A DNA stretch of 64,000 nucleotides, taken from Deltaproteobacteria bacterium (GTDB taxonomy: Bacteria > Myxococcota_A > Polyangia > Polyangiales > Houyiibacteriaceae). This document shows positions 42,037 to 51,642 of the stretch, piece by piece. A program made the position numbers and the translations under genes. Under the pieces are notes generated by a model. It did no database searches. It worked only from the letters and a program-made list of their open reading frames with translations, and was not told the DNA's origin. How positions within the stretch are numbered: position 1 is the stretch's first letter; every line of letters begins with the position of its first letter. The DNA is taken from assembly GCA_034670305.1 (NCBI GenBank), contig JAXMNT010000002.1, forward strand, positions 1 to 64,000, given 5' to 3'.

Positions 42037-42843
42037 CTAGCGAACGAAGAGCCACGGATCGTCCGGGCGCGCGTCCACGTGGAAGTGGTTCGCGTGCCCG
42101 CGTCCGTATTCGGGCGTCAACACGGTCGAAAAGAGACCGGTGTCCACGAAGGCGCACGCCAGCCGGCGAAGCGCCGTTCCCTTGTCCCCACCACCGGCAT
42201 CCGCTGCCGGAGGCTCGTGACCGCGGGGTGGGCAGGTCGACGCCAGCGGCCGCAGCGTCCAGTCGCGCTCCACTTCGAGCGCCACGCCGGGCCCATCGAA
42301 CCGGGTCAAGTCGAGCGCCAAACCAAGGTGGTGGTAGCTGACGCTGGGCTCCCGTCGGTACGCGCTCGACACCTCGACCCGATCGATGCCCCGCGCGCGA
42401 AGCGTGGCCGCGAATGCGGGCAGCCGTTCGGCGAGCGCGCAGGCGATGACGAAGGGCGCGCCCCGGCGTTTCTTCTGGAAGGTCACGCCACCGACGCGTC
42501 CGTCGATGACCACCGGATCGGGACCGGCGGTCGTCGGGTGTGGGAGGCGCGTGGCGGCGACACCGAGGCCCTCGAGCCGCTCCACGCAGCCGGGACGCAT
42601 CTGAAACCGAAACCGCTCGTCAAAGCGCCAAGCCGAATACGGTACGCCTCCGCGCAGCTCGGGCCGGCCTTGCCGCCAGGCTTCGAACCGAACCTGTGCG
42701 TCTCCGCGCGACTGCGCGTGACCGCCCGATCCACCGAATGGGGCCGCCGCCACGCACCCCGCCAACGCCGCCGCGAGCAGACCGCGACGGATGCGACTTG
42801 GTCGGTCGCCGGGTCTTGGGTGGTGGGAGGGCACATCGAACAC
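42037..42843 (-). CDS. Extensin-like C-terminal domain protein (peptidase M15-related fold)
   Basis: SAYR..SYHHLGLALD, VLTPEY..HANHFHVD; signal peptide; start uncertain. Confidence 0.75.
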   Translation of the reverse strand: MFDVPSHHPRPGDRPSRIRRGLLAAALAGCVAAAPFGGSGGHAQSRGDAQVRFEAWRQGRPELRGGVPYSAWRFDERFRFQMRPGCVERLEGLGVAATRLPHPTTAGPDPVVIDGRVGGVTFQKKRRGAPFVIACALAERLPAFAATLRARGIDRVEVSSAYRREPSVSYHHLGLALDLTRFDGPGVALEVERDWTLRPLASTCPPRGHEPPAADAGGGDKGTALRRLACAFVDTGLFSTVLTPEYGRGHANHFHVDARPDDPWLFVR

Positions 42844-42857
42844 TATGCACCTTCCCA

Positions 42858-44219
42858 ATGACCCAACGAAAGTTCGACTACGACCTCGTGGTGATCGGGG
42901 GCGGCTCCGGCGGCGTCCGAGCCGCGCGCATGGCGGCCGGGTTCGGGGCACGCGTGGCACTCGTGGAATCCCATCGCCTGGGAGGAACGTGTGTGAACGT
43001 GGGATGCGTTCCCAAGAAGTTGCTCGTCACCGGCGCGCGGTACGTCGACGCGTTCCAAGACGCGAAGGGGTTCGGCTGGTCGGTCGACGCGACGGTCGAC
43101 TGGAACCGCTTGCGCACTCGGGTGCTCTCCGAGGTGCAGCGCCTCAACGGCATCTACGGCGGCATCCTCGACCGCGCCCAAGTCGAGCAGGTGCCCGGTC
43201 GCGGCGTCGTGCACGGTCCCCACGAAGTGAAGGTGGGTGAACGGACGCTGCATGCGGCCAAGATCTTGATCGCCACCGGTGGCCGACCCAGGCGCCCTGA
43301 ACTTCCCGGCGCCGAACATGCGGCCATCTCCGACGACTTCTTCGAGCTCGAGACCCTGCCGAAACGCGCCGTGCTGATCGGCGGCGGGTACATCGGCGTG
43401 GAGTTCACCAGCATTCTCACGCAGCTCGGTGTCGAGGTGCACCTCGTCCACCGCCATCCGGAGCTGCTGAACCACTTCGACGCGGACGTGGCGACCCACT
43501 TCACCGAGGCGTTCGGTGTTCATCCGCACGTGCACCTCCACCTCGATCGCAGCGCCGCTTCGATCGCGGCCGGTTCGGTGACGCTCAACGACGGACAGAC
43601 GATCGAAGCCGACTTCATCCTGTTCACCGCCGGCCGTGTTCCGAACATCGAAGGACTCTTCGCGAACGGACCGGCCGCACTCGGCATCGAGACCAAGGCG
43701 CGCGACGCGTTGGTCGTCAACGACACCTACCAAACCGGTTGCCCGAGCATCTTCGCGGTCGGCGACGTCATCGATCGCATGGCGCTCACGCCGGTCGCAC
43801 TCGCGGAGGGCATGTCGTTCGCGCGGCACCAGTTCGCGGAGTGGTCGAAGAAGGACGCGCGCGTCGCGTACGACTGCGTCGCCACCGCCGTCTTTTCGAC
43901 GCCGGAGGTCGCGACGGTGGGGCTGAGCGAAGCCGACGCCCGCAAGCGCGGCGGCGTGCGCATCTTCCTGTCGACCTTCCGCCCGATGAAGTTCGTGCTC
44001 GCCGAACGACAGGAGCGGTCGCTGATGAAGCTCGTCGTCGATGCCGAGTCCGACCGGGTGCTCGGGGTGCATGTCGTCGGACCCGACGCCGGGGAGATCA
44101 TGCAGGGTTTTGCCGCTGCGTTGAATGCGGGCATCACGAAACGCAAACTCGACCAGACCATCGGCATTCACCCGACGGCTGCTGAGGAACTGGTGACCAT
44201 GCGCGAAGCCACGCGTTGA
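42858..44219 (+). CDS. gor: Glutathione-disulfide reductase
   Basis: GGGSGG, GGTCVNVGCVPKK, GGGYIGVE, LTPVA, HPTAAEE. Confidence 0.93.
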   Translation: MTQRKFDYDLVVIGGGSGGVRAARMAAGFGARVALVESHRLGGTCVNVGCVPKKLLVTGARYVDAFQDAKGFGWSVDATVDWNRLRTRVLSEVQRLNGIYGGILDRAQVEQVPGRGVVHGPHEVKVGERTLHAAKILIATGGRPRRPELPGAEHAAISDDFFELETLPKRAVLIGGGYIGVEFTSILTQLGVEVHLVHRHPELLNHFDADVATHFTEAFGVHPHVHLHLDRSAASIAAGSVTLNDGQTIEADFILFTAGRVPNIEGLFANGPAALGIETKARDALVVNDTYQTGCPSIFAVGDVIDRMALTPVALAEGMSFARHQFAEWSKKDARVAYDCVATAVFSTPEVATVGLSEADARKRGGVRIFLSTFRPMKFVLAERQERSLMKLVVDAESDRVLGVHVVGPDAGEIMQGFAAALNAGITKRKLDQTIGIHPTAAEELVTMREATR

Positions 44220-44896
44220 ACGACGTCCCCGCGACCGCAACGAATCCGCGCTGGGCTATTGAGCGGGGGGACGAGATCCGCGACACTCCGTGGTCCGTGA
44301 CGTTGGGGGTGCAACGGAAGCTCGACTTGCTCTTCGACGACATCGGAGACTGCCACCGGTGCGCCGGCATGCCCGGGCGTCCGAAGACACTCGGCCCGTG
44401 GAGCGGCGACCCGGCGTCACGCTGCCTGGTGATCGCGACCGCACCTGGCGCGCACAAGGTCGACCCGGAAGCGGAACAGAAACCGTTGACCGGCGACCGG
44501 GCCGGCGAGGCGTTCCACAAACTGCTCGAAGGCGCGTCCCTGAAACGTTCGTCCTTCTTCCTGACGAACGCGGTGCTGTGCACCCCACGCACGAAGTCGG
44601 GACGCGGGCGTCGACCGCGGCTCGAAGAGATCCGCAACTGCAACCGCTACCTCTCACGCCTCGTGACGTACCTCGACCCCGCGCTCATCGTCACACTCGG
44701 TACGACTGCGCTCTCCGCGCTCTCCGAGCTCGCGCCCCACGACCTCTCGCTGAGCGCGGACTGTGGCCGGCCGACCCGCTGGATGGCCCGCTGGCTGCTG
44801 CCGCTCTACCACCCCGGGCCACGCGCGATGATCCACCGCAGCTGGGCCGACCAGCAGCGCGACTACGCTCTCTGGCGCAGCCTGCTGGAGAGCTAG
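44216..44896 (+). CDS. Uracil-DNA glycosylase superfamily, family 4/5-like with Fe-S Cys ligands
   Basis: CHRC, ATAPG, LTNAVLC, EIRNC, LG..A, LYHP; TTGA overlap with gor. Confidence 0.85.
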   Translation: MNDVPATATNPRWAIERGDEIRDTPWSVTLGVQRKLDLLFDDIGDCHRCAGMPGRPKTLGPWSGDPASRCLVIATAPGAHKVDPEAEQKPLTGDRAGEAFHKLLEGASLKRSSFFLTNAVLCTPRTKSGRGRRPRLEEIRNCNRYLSRLVTYLDPALIVTLGTTALSALSELAPHDLSLSADCGRPTRWMARWLLPLYHPGPRAMIHRSWADQQRDYALWRSLLES

Positions 44897-44945
44897 AGCG
44901 CCAAAACGCCCGACGCTCCCGTGCCCGCGCCCGTGTTCTGTGTTG

Positions 44946-44972
44946 GCTTCGGCTTCGGCTTCGGCTTCGGCG
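44946..44972. repeat. Short (GGCTTC)n hexamer tract
   Basis: Direct reading; between convergent genes. Confidence 0.8.
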
Positions 44973-45049
44973 TTCTGCCCGTGCCTCGAGCGGCGCCTGC
45001 ACCCGCCAGAAACGCTAGAGCAACGGCAAGCGGAGCGCGTTCCCGCCGC

Positions 45050-46474
45050 TCAGTGGCCCGGCAACAGCACACTCACGGTCGAGCCGTGGTCCGAGCTCTG
45101 GATCTCGACGGTCCCGCCGTGGGCCTTCACGATCCGCTCGACGATGGCGAGGCCGAGCCCCGTCCCGGTGGGCCGGGTGGTGAAGAATGGATCCACCGCG
45201 CGCTCCCGCACGAGCGTGTCCATGCCCTCCCCTGTGTCCTCGAAGTGGATCGCCACCCCCGACTCGGACCCCATCGGGATCACCTCCGAGCGCACCGTGA
45301 GGGTGCCACCATCCGGCATCGCCTCGATCGCGTTCGAGACGATCTGAGCGATCACCCGCTCCAGCAAGTCCTTGTCCCCGCGCACGCGTCCGGTCAGCCC
45401 CGAGGTGTCGATGTCGGGCTCGTGTCCGACCGACGCGACAATGCTCCTCGCCGCGTCGATCGAACGGCTTACCAGTTCGTCCACGGAGATGTCGGTGAGC
45501 TGGGGTTCGACCGGACGGGCGTACGCCAACAGATCTCGGACGAGTCGGTTCAGCCGGTCGGTCTCCTCGTCGAGCACGCCGAGCAAGGTGCCCCGATCCT
45601 CCGAGCCGATGCCGTCCTTCCGGAGCCCGGCGGCCGCCGTCTTCAACACCGCGAGTGGGTTGCGGACCTCGTGGGCGATGACCGCGCTCAGTTCGCCCAC
45701 CGCGGCGAGCTGCTCTTTCCGGACGAGTTCGCCCTGGACATGCTGCAACTCGTCGTAGCGGTGGCGAAGCTCCAAGGTCCTCGTGCTCAAGGTGGTCGCG
45801 GTCAGCGCGAACCGGTGAAGCAAGAGGTAGCTGACCAGCAGCCCGCCGAGGGAGCTCAGGTGCTCGGTCATGTAGACGCACCCGATGCCAAACCCGCGAA
45901 TGGCGATGTCGTGCGTCCATCCGAGCACCGTCAGCGCGACCGCGCAGGTGAGGATGCGGATCTCACGGTGTTCGTTCCAAGATCGAGAGAGTTCGACGAT
46001 CACCCAGATGCCGAACGCGAGGGCCGCCGCCCCCGCCGCCCACGTCATCGGGGTCAGCCCCGCATCGCGATACGGATACGCCCACGGCAGCTCGAACTGG
46101 ATCTCGATGCCGACCGCTGGATCCACGAGCAGTCCCGCGGCGGTGCACGGGATCACGATCGCGGCGGCGGGCATCAAGAGCCGGATGAGCGAGCGGGTCG
46201 GGCGGCCGACGAGCGCGTTGCCAAAGATCGCGTAGGCGACGAAGGTCGCCGTGCCGAAGCAGTACTCGATCGTCTGCCCCCACGCGGCCTCCGAAGGATC
46301 CATCGCGTTGGTCACCAGCGCGGCCCCGTAGCAATAGCCCGCGAGCGAGAGCGCGATGAACGTGTACGCCCCCTGTTCCAGCTGGCGCCGCCGCACGAAC
46401 AGGAACGCGGAGATCAAGGCGGCGAACAGATGCACCGCCATCCACGCCAAGAGCGCCGCACCGAGTTTGGTCAC
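45050..46474 (-). CDS. Membrane sensor histidine kinase (multi-TM N-terminus)
   Basis: H-box AHEVRNPL, NAIEAM, DTGEG, PFFTTR, GTGLGL. Confidence 0.95.
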   Translation of the reverse strand: MTKLGAALLAWMAVHLFAALISAFLFVRRRQLEQGAYTFIALSLAGYCYGAALVTNAMDPSEAAWGQTIEYCFGTATFVAYAIFGNALVGRPTRSLIRLLMPAAAIVIPCTAAGLLVDPAVGIEIQFELPWAYPYRDAGLTPMTWAAGAAALAFGIWVIVELSRSWNEHREIRILTCAVALTVLGWTHDIAIRGFGIGCVYMTEHLSSLGGLLVSYLLLHRFALTATTLSTRTLELRHRYDELQHVQGELVRKEQLAAVGELSAVIAHEVRNPLAVLKTAAAGLRKDGIGSEDRGTLLGVLDEETDRLNRLVRDLLAYARPVEPQLTDISVDELVSRSIDAARSIVASVGHEPDIDTSGLTGRVRGDKDLLERVIAQIVSNAIEAMPDGGTLTVRSEVIPMGSESGVAIHFEDTGEGMDTLVRERAVDPFFTTRPTGTGLGLAIVERIVKAHGGTVEIQSSDHGSTVSVLLPGH

Positions 46475-48042
46475 GAGTCGCCTCCCGCCTCGGGCGAAGC
46501 CGGCGGGTTGGAAGAAGCCCGCGGCAATCGGATGTCGCTGTTGCGGCCCTCGCGTCGTTCGCCCGGCGGCGGCAACGGAATCATGCTCGGCGCATCGACC
46601 GGCAACAGGAACGTGATCGTCGTGCCTTCGCCGTGTCGGCTGTCGATCGAGACCTCGCCTCCGTGGTTGCGGACCACGCGCTCCACGATCGCCAGGCCGA
46701 GACCGGTGCCTGAAGGCCGCGTCGTGAAAAATGGATCGCGCGCCTTGGCGCGGACCAGCGTGTCCATGCCTTCGCCGGTGTCGATGAACGAGAGTGCGAG
46801 CGCGGTCCGGGAACGAAACACCGCGGGTTCAGTCCGGATCGTCAGGGTTCCGCCGGCCGACATGGCCTGCATCGCGTTCTCCATGACGTTCACGAGGGCG
46901 TGGCGCAGCAGCTCCGGGTCGCCGTAGACCGAGTCGAGTTCGTCGCAGAGCTCGTACACCACATGCACGACCTCCTCGTGCGTCACTCCCCCGCGTGCGC
47001 GCTCCACCGACCGGCGCAGGAGCTCGCGCACCGGGAGCGAGCGTCCACGCGGAACGACCGGTCGTGCGTACGCCAAGAGATCATGCACCAGGCGGTTGAG
47101 GCGGTCGGTCTCCTCGTCGAGGATGTCGAGCAAGGTCCGCCGGTCTTGCGACGCGAGCCCTTCCCGGCGCAGGCCGCTGACCGCGTTCTTGATGATGGCC
47201 AAGGGGTTGCGCACCTCGTGGGCGATGACCGCACTGAGTTCGCCCACCGCAGCGAGCTGCTCCTTGCGCACCAGCCGCTCCTGGGTGGCCTGCAGCTCCT
47301 CGTACATGCGCCCGAGCTCGAGGGTCGTCTCGGAGAGCTCGTCGCTTGCGGCGACGAACCGGTCGAGCAGGTAGTGGCTCATCGCGAACCCGAAGAACAT
47401 GCCCGAGTGTTCGATCAAGGCAGGGGCGTGCACGTAGCCCGAACGGACGAGCACGTCGTGTCCGCCAGCGAAGAACACCCCAACGACCGTGGCCCGTACG
47501 ACCCAACGCCCGAAGTCGTCCACAGCGCCCAGCGGCGCGTCCTGAGCCGCGCCGCGCTGGCTCAGGACGGCCACGGTGGCCAGGTTCGGGAACACGAACG
47601 CACCGACGAGGTACGCCTGACCGACCCACGTGCGGGAGGGAAACGCGATGGCCGGCCCCCACGAGTAGAGCGGTTCGGTCGCGTGGTCGGACAGGAAGAG
47701 GTTGAAGGCCTGCAGCACGAGCCCGAGGCCGGCGTACGCGTAGGCCGCGTGGATGACGCGGCTCTTCCGGCCGAGCATCTGGTGAAGGAACTCGACGTAG
47801 AACGCGAACGCGGTGAAGAGGCCCACGTCGCCGATGCGCACCGCGAGCAACGCCGTGGTCGGATCCGAGGTCTGCACGTAGATGCCGTTGCCCACGCAGT
47901 AGAGCGACACGCTCGCGGCCATCAGGCCAAACGACAGGTACTCACGTGCGCTGCGGGCCCGCGCGTAGAGCAGGACGTAGAACACGCACAGGTAGGCGTA
48001 GATGGCGGCCCACGCGAAGGTCACGGTCGCGAGGCTCGACAC
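46471..48042 (-). CDS. Membrane sensor histidine kinase, paralog of the downstream kinase
   Basis: Same H/N/G/F boxes; GTGA overlap with the next gene. Confidence 0.95.
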   Translation of the reverse strand: MSSLATVTFAWAAIYAYLCVFYVLLYARARSAREYLSFGLMAASVSLYCVGNGIYVQTSDPTTALLAVRIGDVGLFTAFAFYVEFLHQMLGRKSRVIHAAYAYAGLGLVLQAFNLFLSDHATEPLYSWGPAIAFPSRTWVGQAYLVGAFVFPNLATVAVLSQRGAAQDAPLGAVDDFGRWVVRATVVGVFFAGGHDVLVRSGYVHAPALIEHSGMFFGFAMSHYLLDRFVAASDELSETTLELGRMYEELQATQERLVRKEQLAAVGELSAVIAHEVRNPLAIIKNAVSGLRREGLASQDRRTLLDILDEETDRLNRLVHDLLAYARPVVPRGRSLPVRELLRRSVERARGGVTHEEVVHVVYELCDELDSVYGDPELLRHALVNVMENAMQAMSAGGTLTIRTEPAVFRSRTALALSFIDTGEGMDTLVRAKARDPFFTTRPSGTGLGLAIVERVVRNHGGEVSIDSRHGEGTTITFLLPVDAPSMIPLPPPGERREGRNSDIRLPRASSNPPASPEAGGDS

Positions 48043-48044
48043 GA

Positions 48045-51000
48045 CTACTCCGGGCGGACGACGCGCGTGTGACCCGCCCGCAGGAAGACGAACCGGCGGC
48101 GCTCTCCGCTGTTTCGGAACACGACCTCGTACTCACCCTCGGGGAGGTTGATCGCGACTGGCGCGTTGCCCAACGACTGCGGTTCGGCTTCCCCGTCGCG
48201 GCGCTGCACGGTCACGGTGGTTTCGACTTCGCCTTCTTGAACCCAGAGCAGCCCCTCGCCCTCCGCGACGGGTACGCCCGCGTCCAGCACCCGCGTCACG
48301 GAGCGTCCGAACGAGAGCTCCGGCCGGTCCCCAGGATCCGGCTCGGGCACGGCTTCGGTGTCTTCGACTGCGCTGTCGGAGGTTGCTTCGGGTTCGGACG
48401 TCGCGCCTTCGCGGGTGGTCGGCTCCGGAGTCGGCGTCGGATCCCGATCGGACCCACCCCGCACTGCGCGCCATCCGAAGAACGCCACCGTCGCGAGCAG
48501 GGCGAAGACCAGCGTCCAACCGACCACGCCGAGCCCGCCTTCGCTTGGCTTGCTTGCGCTGGACGGGGAGGCCGACTGTGCGCGCATGCGCAGGGTGGTC
48601 GCGGAGGGATCCTCCGGTGGCTCCGGCTTCGCCGGTTTCGCGCTCGACTTGCCCGACTTGGACTTCGACTTCGACTTCTTCTTCTTCGACGACTTCGACG
48701 TCTTCGATGTCTTCGACTTCGTGGACTTCTTGGTTCCCGACTTCGACTTCGACTTCGCGTCAGAACCCGTAGGCGCCGCTTTGGGGTCGTCCTCGTCTTC
48801 GGGATGAACGAGCGCCGCCTCCATCAGTTCTTCGATGTCGGCGGAGGCTCGCTCCGATTCCGGAGACGAGGGCGGCGGATTGGTCGGCGAGGTCAACATC
48901 GCCTCGGACCCCGGCGGCTCGTCGCGGTCCAGCACCTCCGGTTCGTCGAACGGGCCCAGCAGCGACTTGGGCGGCTCGGATTCGGACCCGGGTGGGCTCA
49001 GCTCGGTCAGGATCTCGGCCGCGGGTTCCTCCTGGGGCGGCGGCATGACGCTCGGCTTGTTCTTGGTGGCGACTCGGGCGGCGAGCGCAGCCGCCACGAC
49101 GTCCTGTCCCGCCACGTCCTCGACGCTGGTGATCGCACCGCGCCGCGCCAGGTCGACGAGCGCCGTCTCGAGCGCCTGCGGTGAGACGTCGCCGCCCACC
49201 AACATCTCGCGGGGACTCGCTCCCTCCGCCAGCTGCTCCACGAGCGCACGCACCCCTCCGGGCGAGGTCCGCACGAACACGCCGAGGAGCACCTCGTCGA
49301 ATGCGATCCGCTGCGCGCTGGACAGGTGACGGCCCGACACCGCGTCCACGAATGCGCCAAGCCGCTGCGCCGCGTCGTCGAGGATCTCTTCGACCGGCCC
49401 GCCGAGACTCGCGCGCACCTCGGAGGTCGCCTCGGCGACGGTGAACCGTCCGGCCGTCACCCCGAGCAACTGCGGGAGCGCGTTGTTGCCGCGCGCGAAA
49501 CTCCCGTCGCTCGCGGTCCGCGTCACGTCGAGAAGTTCGCCGGTCCGAATCTCGATCTCGAAGAGGTTCCAGGCATCCCGCACCGTGACCCGTGAGCCCG
49601 GCTGAATCTCGGCGATGGTGCGCAACAGCGGCAACACGCCGATGCCTTCCACCCGGCCACGCACATCGCCGCCCGCACGCAGCTGCGCTTCGAGCCGGGC
49701 GCGGGGCCGCAGGACCTCGCGCACCTTGGCGAGAATCTGCCCGCTCTCCGCTTCCTTGCGCAGGTAACCGCTCGCCCCCGAGCGCAGCTCGCGCATTCGC
49801 TGGAGGAAGTCTTCCTTCCAACTGAGCAAGATGACCGGCACCTCTGCGAGCGAGGGGTCGCGAGAGAGTTCGCGGCAAAGTGCCAGCCCATCCATGCGGG
49901 GCATCAAGATGTCGCTGAGCACCACATCCGGGCGGCGTCGGCGCGCTTCGTCAAGCGCGGAACGTCCGTCGTCGACTTCCACCACGTGTGCGCCCGCTTC
50001 GCGCAACAACCCTGCGAAGAACCAGACGACGGCGGGATCGTCGTCCGCCACGATGACCCGGCGGCCCGCGAGCGAGACTTCGTCGCTCGTGCCGCCTTCG
50101 GGCATCGCTTCGTCGATGAGCGACATGAACGCGGGGCCTCCGCGTTGCGCGCCATCGCGAAACCGGACGGCCCCGCCCGACCGCTCCGCGAGCTCCGCGC
50201 GGACCCGTGCGATGGTGGACCAGGCCGCGGCGAGAAGCTCTGAACCGTCGCCGAGCGGCACCTTCATGTCGCGGCCGGACGCTGCGGCTTCCACGATGCC
50301 GAGTCGAATCTCCTGCGCGAGCCGGTCGGCCACCTCTTCGATGGTGTGGTCGCCGTAGAGTTCCGCCCCGGGGAACGCATCGGCACCTGCGCCGGCGAGC
50401 CGGTCCACCAGGCGCTGAAGGGCCTTCGAGGTCGCGGGCTTCTGCATCACCGCGTCGGCCCCGTGCTCGCGCATCTCCGCTGGATCCACTCGGCGGCTGG
50501 CGAGATGGAGGATCACCACCGGCACGAAGTCCGTGAGTGGATCGTTGCGCAGGCGGGCGACCAGATCGGACGGGCCAAGCGCCAGTTCCGCATCGACCAG
50601 CACCACGTCGGGCGCGCTGGAGCGGGAGAGCCTCAGCGCCTGCTCAGGGTCGCTCGCGCCCAGCACCTCGTAGCGGTCGCGTGGAAGCGACTCCCGGATC
50701 GCGGCCTGCGATTCGACGTTGTCGACCACGAGCACGCTGACGATCATCTCGAGCGGTTCGCCCGGCAGAGTGGACGGTCGGGATCGCCCCCCGCTGCCCA
50801 TCGTGAACGACGCACGTCGACTGGGCGGCTGAGAGGGGGCGTCCTCCGCGTCCACCATCGGCGGTGGCGCTTCCGAGTCCCCGACACCTTGCTGGGTCGT
50901 CCGACGCGTCCTGCCTGTCTTCGGCGCGGGCGGCACGTAGTCCGACCCCTTGGTCTTCGGCGGCACCACGAGCAGGTCGGCGGTGGTGCGCTTCTTCCGT

Positions 51001-51545
51001 TCGCCATCCGCATGGAACTCGTCGACGTCCTCCGCGTCGTCGGGTGCCTGCACCGGCGGCGGCGGAATGATCCCACTGCCCGGAATCGAGGGTGGCGGGG
51101 GGAGCGGCATCGAGCTCCGAGGTAGCTCGGGCGATGGCGGCAAGGGCGCCAGCGGCGGCTCGGCGGGCGGCGGCCTGGACGAGGGCGGGCGGGGCGCCGC
51201 GATCGAAGGGCTCGAGGAACGACTGGTGCGGCCCAGCATCGGCAGCGTGGTCGCCAGATGGGCCAACGCGTCCAGTTCATCCTGCGAGAGCACCCCATCG
51301 GTGTCCCGCACCGCGTCGAGTGCTTGGAGGCGCTCCTTCAGCGCCGCTGCGAGTGGCTCGATCCGGAACACCTGCGCCGACGCATAGAGCGCGTGCAGCC
51401 GCCGACGCATCTCTTCGCGTGGTCGCTCGGCGTCCGGGGTGGCCGCCAGCAAGGCGATCGATCCGCGCAGCTCTTTGGCTTTGCGGCCGAGACCATCGAC
51501 GAATCGCTCCCGCGCGACGCCAAGTGCAGTGCCTTCCTTGCCCAT
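48045..51545 (-). CDS. Multidomain response regulator: Hpt-like helix bundle, two REC domains, DUF4388-like domain, TM helix, C-terminal PEGA-like domain
   Basis: RRRLHALYAS; VLVVDN..DVVLVD; VIVADDD..DVVLSDILMPRMDG..GASGYLRK; GRVEGIGVLPLL..GRFTV; GNAPVAINLPEGEYEV. Confidence 0.85.
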   Translation of the reverse strand: MGKEGTALGVARERFVDGLGRKAKELRGSIALLAATPDAERPREEMRRRLHALYASAQVFRIEPLAAALKERLQALDAVRDTDGVLSQDELDALAHLATTLPMLGRTSRSSSPSIAAPRPPSSRPPPAEPPLAPLPPSPELPRSSMPLPPPPSIPGSGIIPPPPVQAPDDAEDVDEFHADGERKKRTTADLLVVPPKTKGSDYVPPAPKTGRTRRTTQQGVGDSEAPPPMVDAEDAPSQPPSRRASFTMGSGGRSRPSTLPGEPLEMIVSVLVVDNVESQAAIRESLPRDRYEVLGASDPEQALRLSRSSAPDVVLVDAELALGPSDLVARLRNDPLTDFVPVVILHLASRRVDPAEMREHGADAVMQKPATSKALQRLVDRLAGAGADAFPGAELYGDHTIEEVADRLAQEIRLGIVEAAASGRDMKVPLGDGSELLAAAWSTIARVRAELAERSGGAVRFRDGAQRGGPAFMSLIDEAMPEGGTSDEVSLAGRRVIVADDDPAVVWFFAGLLREAGAHVVEVDDGRSALDEARRRRPDVVLSDILMPRMDGLALCRELSRDPSLAEVPVILLSWKEDFLQRMRELRSGASGYLRKEAESGQILAKVREVLRPRARLEAQLRAGGDVRGRVEGIGVLPLLRTIAEIQPGSRVTVRDAWNLFEIEIRTGELLDVTRTASDGSFARGNNALPQLLGVTAGRFTVAEATSEVRASLGGPVEEILDDAAQRLGAFVDAVSGRHLSSAQRIAFDEVLLGVFVRTSPGGVRALVEQLAEGASPREMLVGGDVSPQALETALVDLARRGAITSVEDVAGQDVVAAALAARVATKNKPSVMPPPQEEPAAEILTELSPPGSESEPPKSLLGPFDEPEVLDRDEPPGSEAMLTSPTNPPPSSPESERASADIEELMEAALVHPEDEDDPKAAPTGSDAKSKSKSGTKKSTKSKTSKTSKSSKKKKSKSKSKSGKSSAKPAKPEPPEDPSATTLRMRAQSASPSSASKPSEGGLGVVGWTLVFALLATVAFFGWRAVRGGSDRDPTPTPEPTTREGATSEPEATSDSAVEDTEAVPEPDPGDRPELSFGRSVTRVLDAGVPVAEGEGLLWVQEGEVETTVTVQRRDGEAEPQSLGNAPVAINLPEGEYEVVFRNSGERRRFVFLRAGHTRVVRPE

Positions 51546-51642
51546 TGGTGGGCGGACTATACCCGACCCGCCTCACTTGGGGGGCGGAACGGCCGCGATC
51601 GACCCGTGGCGCGCCGAGCGCAGCTTTGTCAGTCTTGGGCCC

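Noticed and set aside
44892-45021. 8-bp direct repeat GCTAGAGC flanking a short hexamer tract as a target-site duplication
   Set aside because: No terminal inverted repeats or transposase; a single short match could be chance
48640-48760. GACTTC repeats as another intergenic tract
   Set aside because: Encodes a Lys/Ser-rich linker within the response regulator
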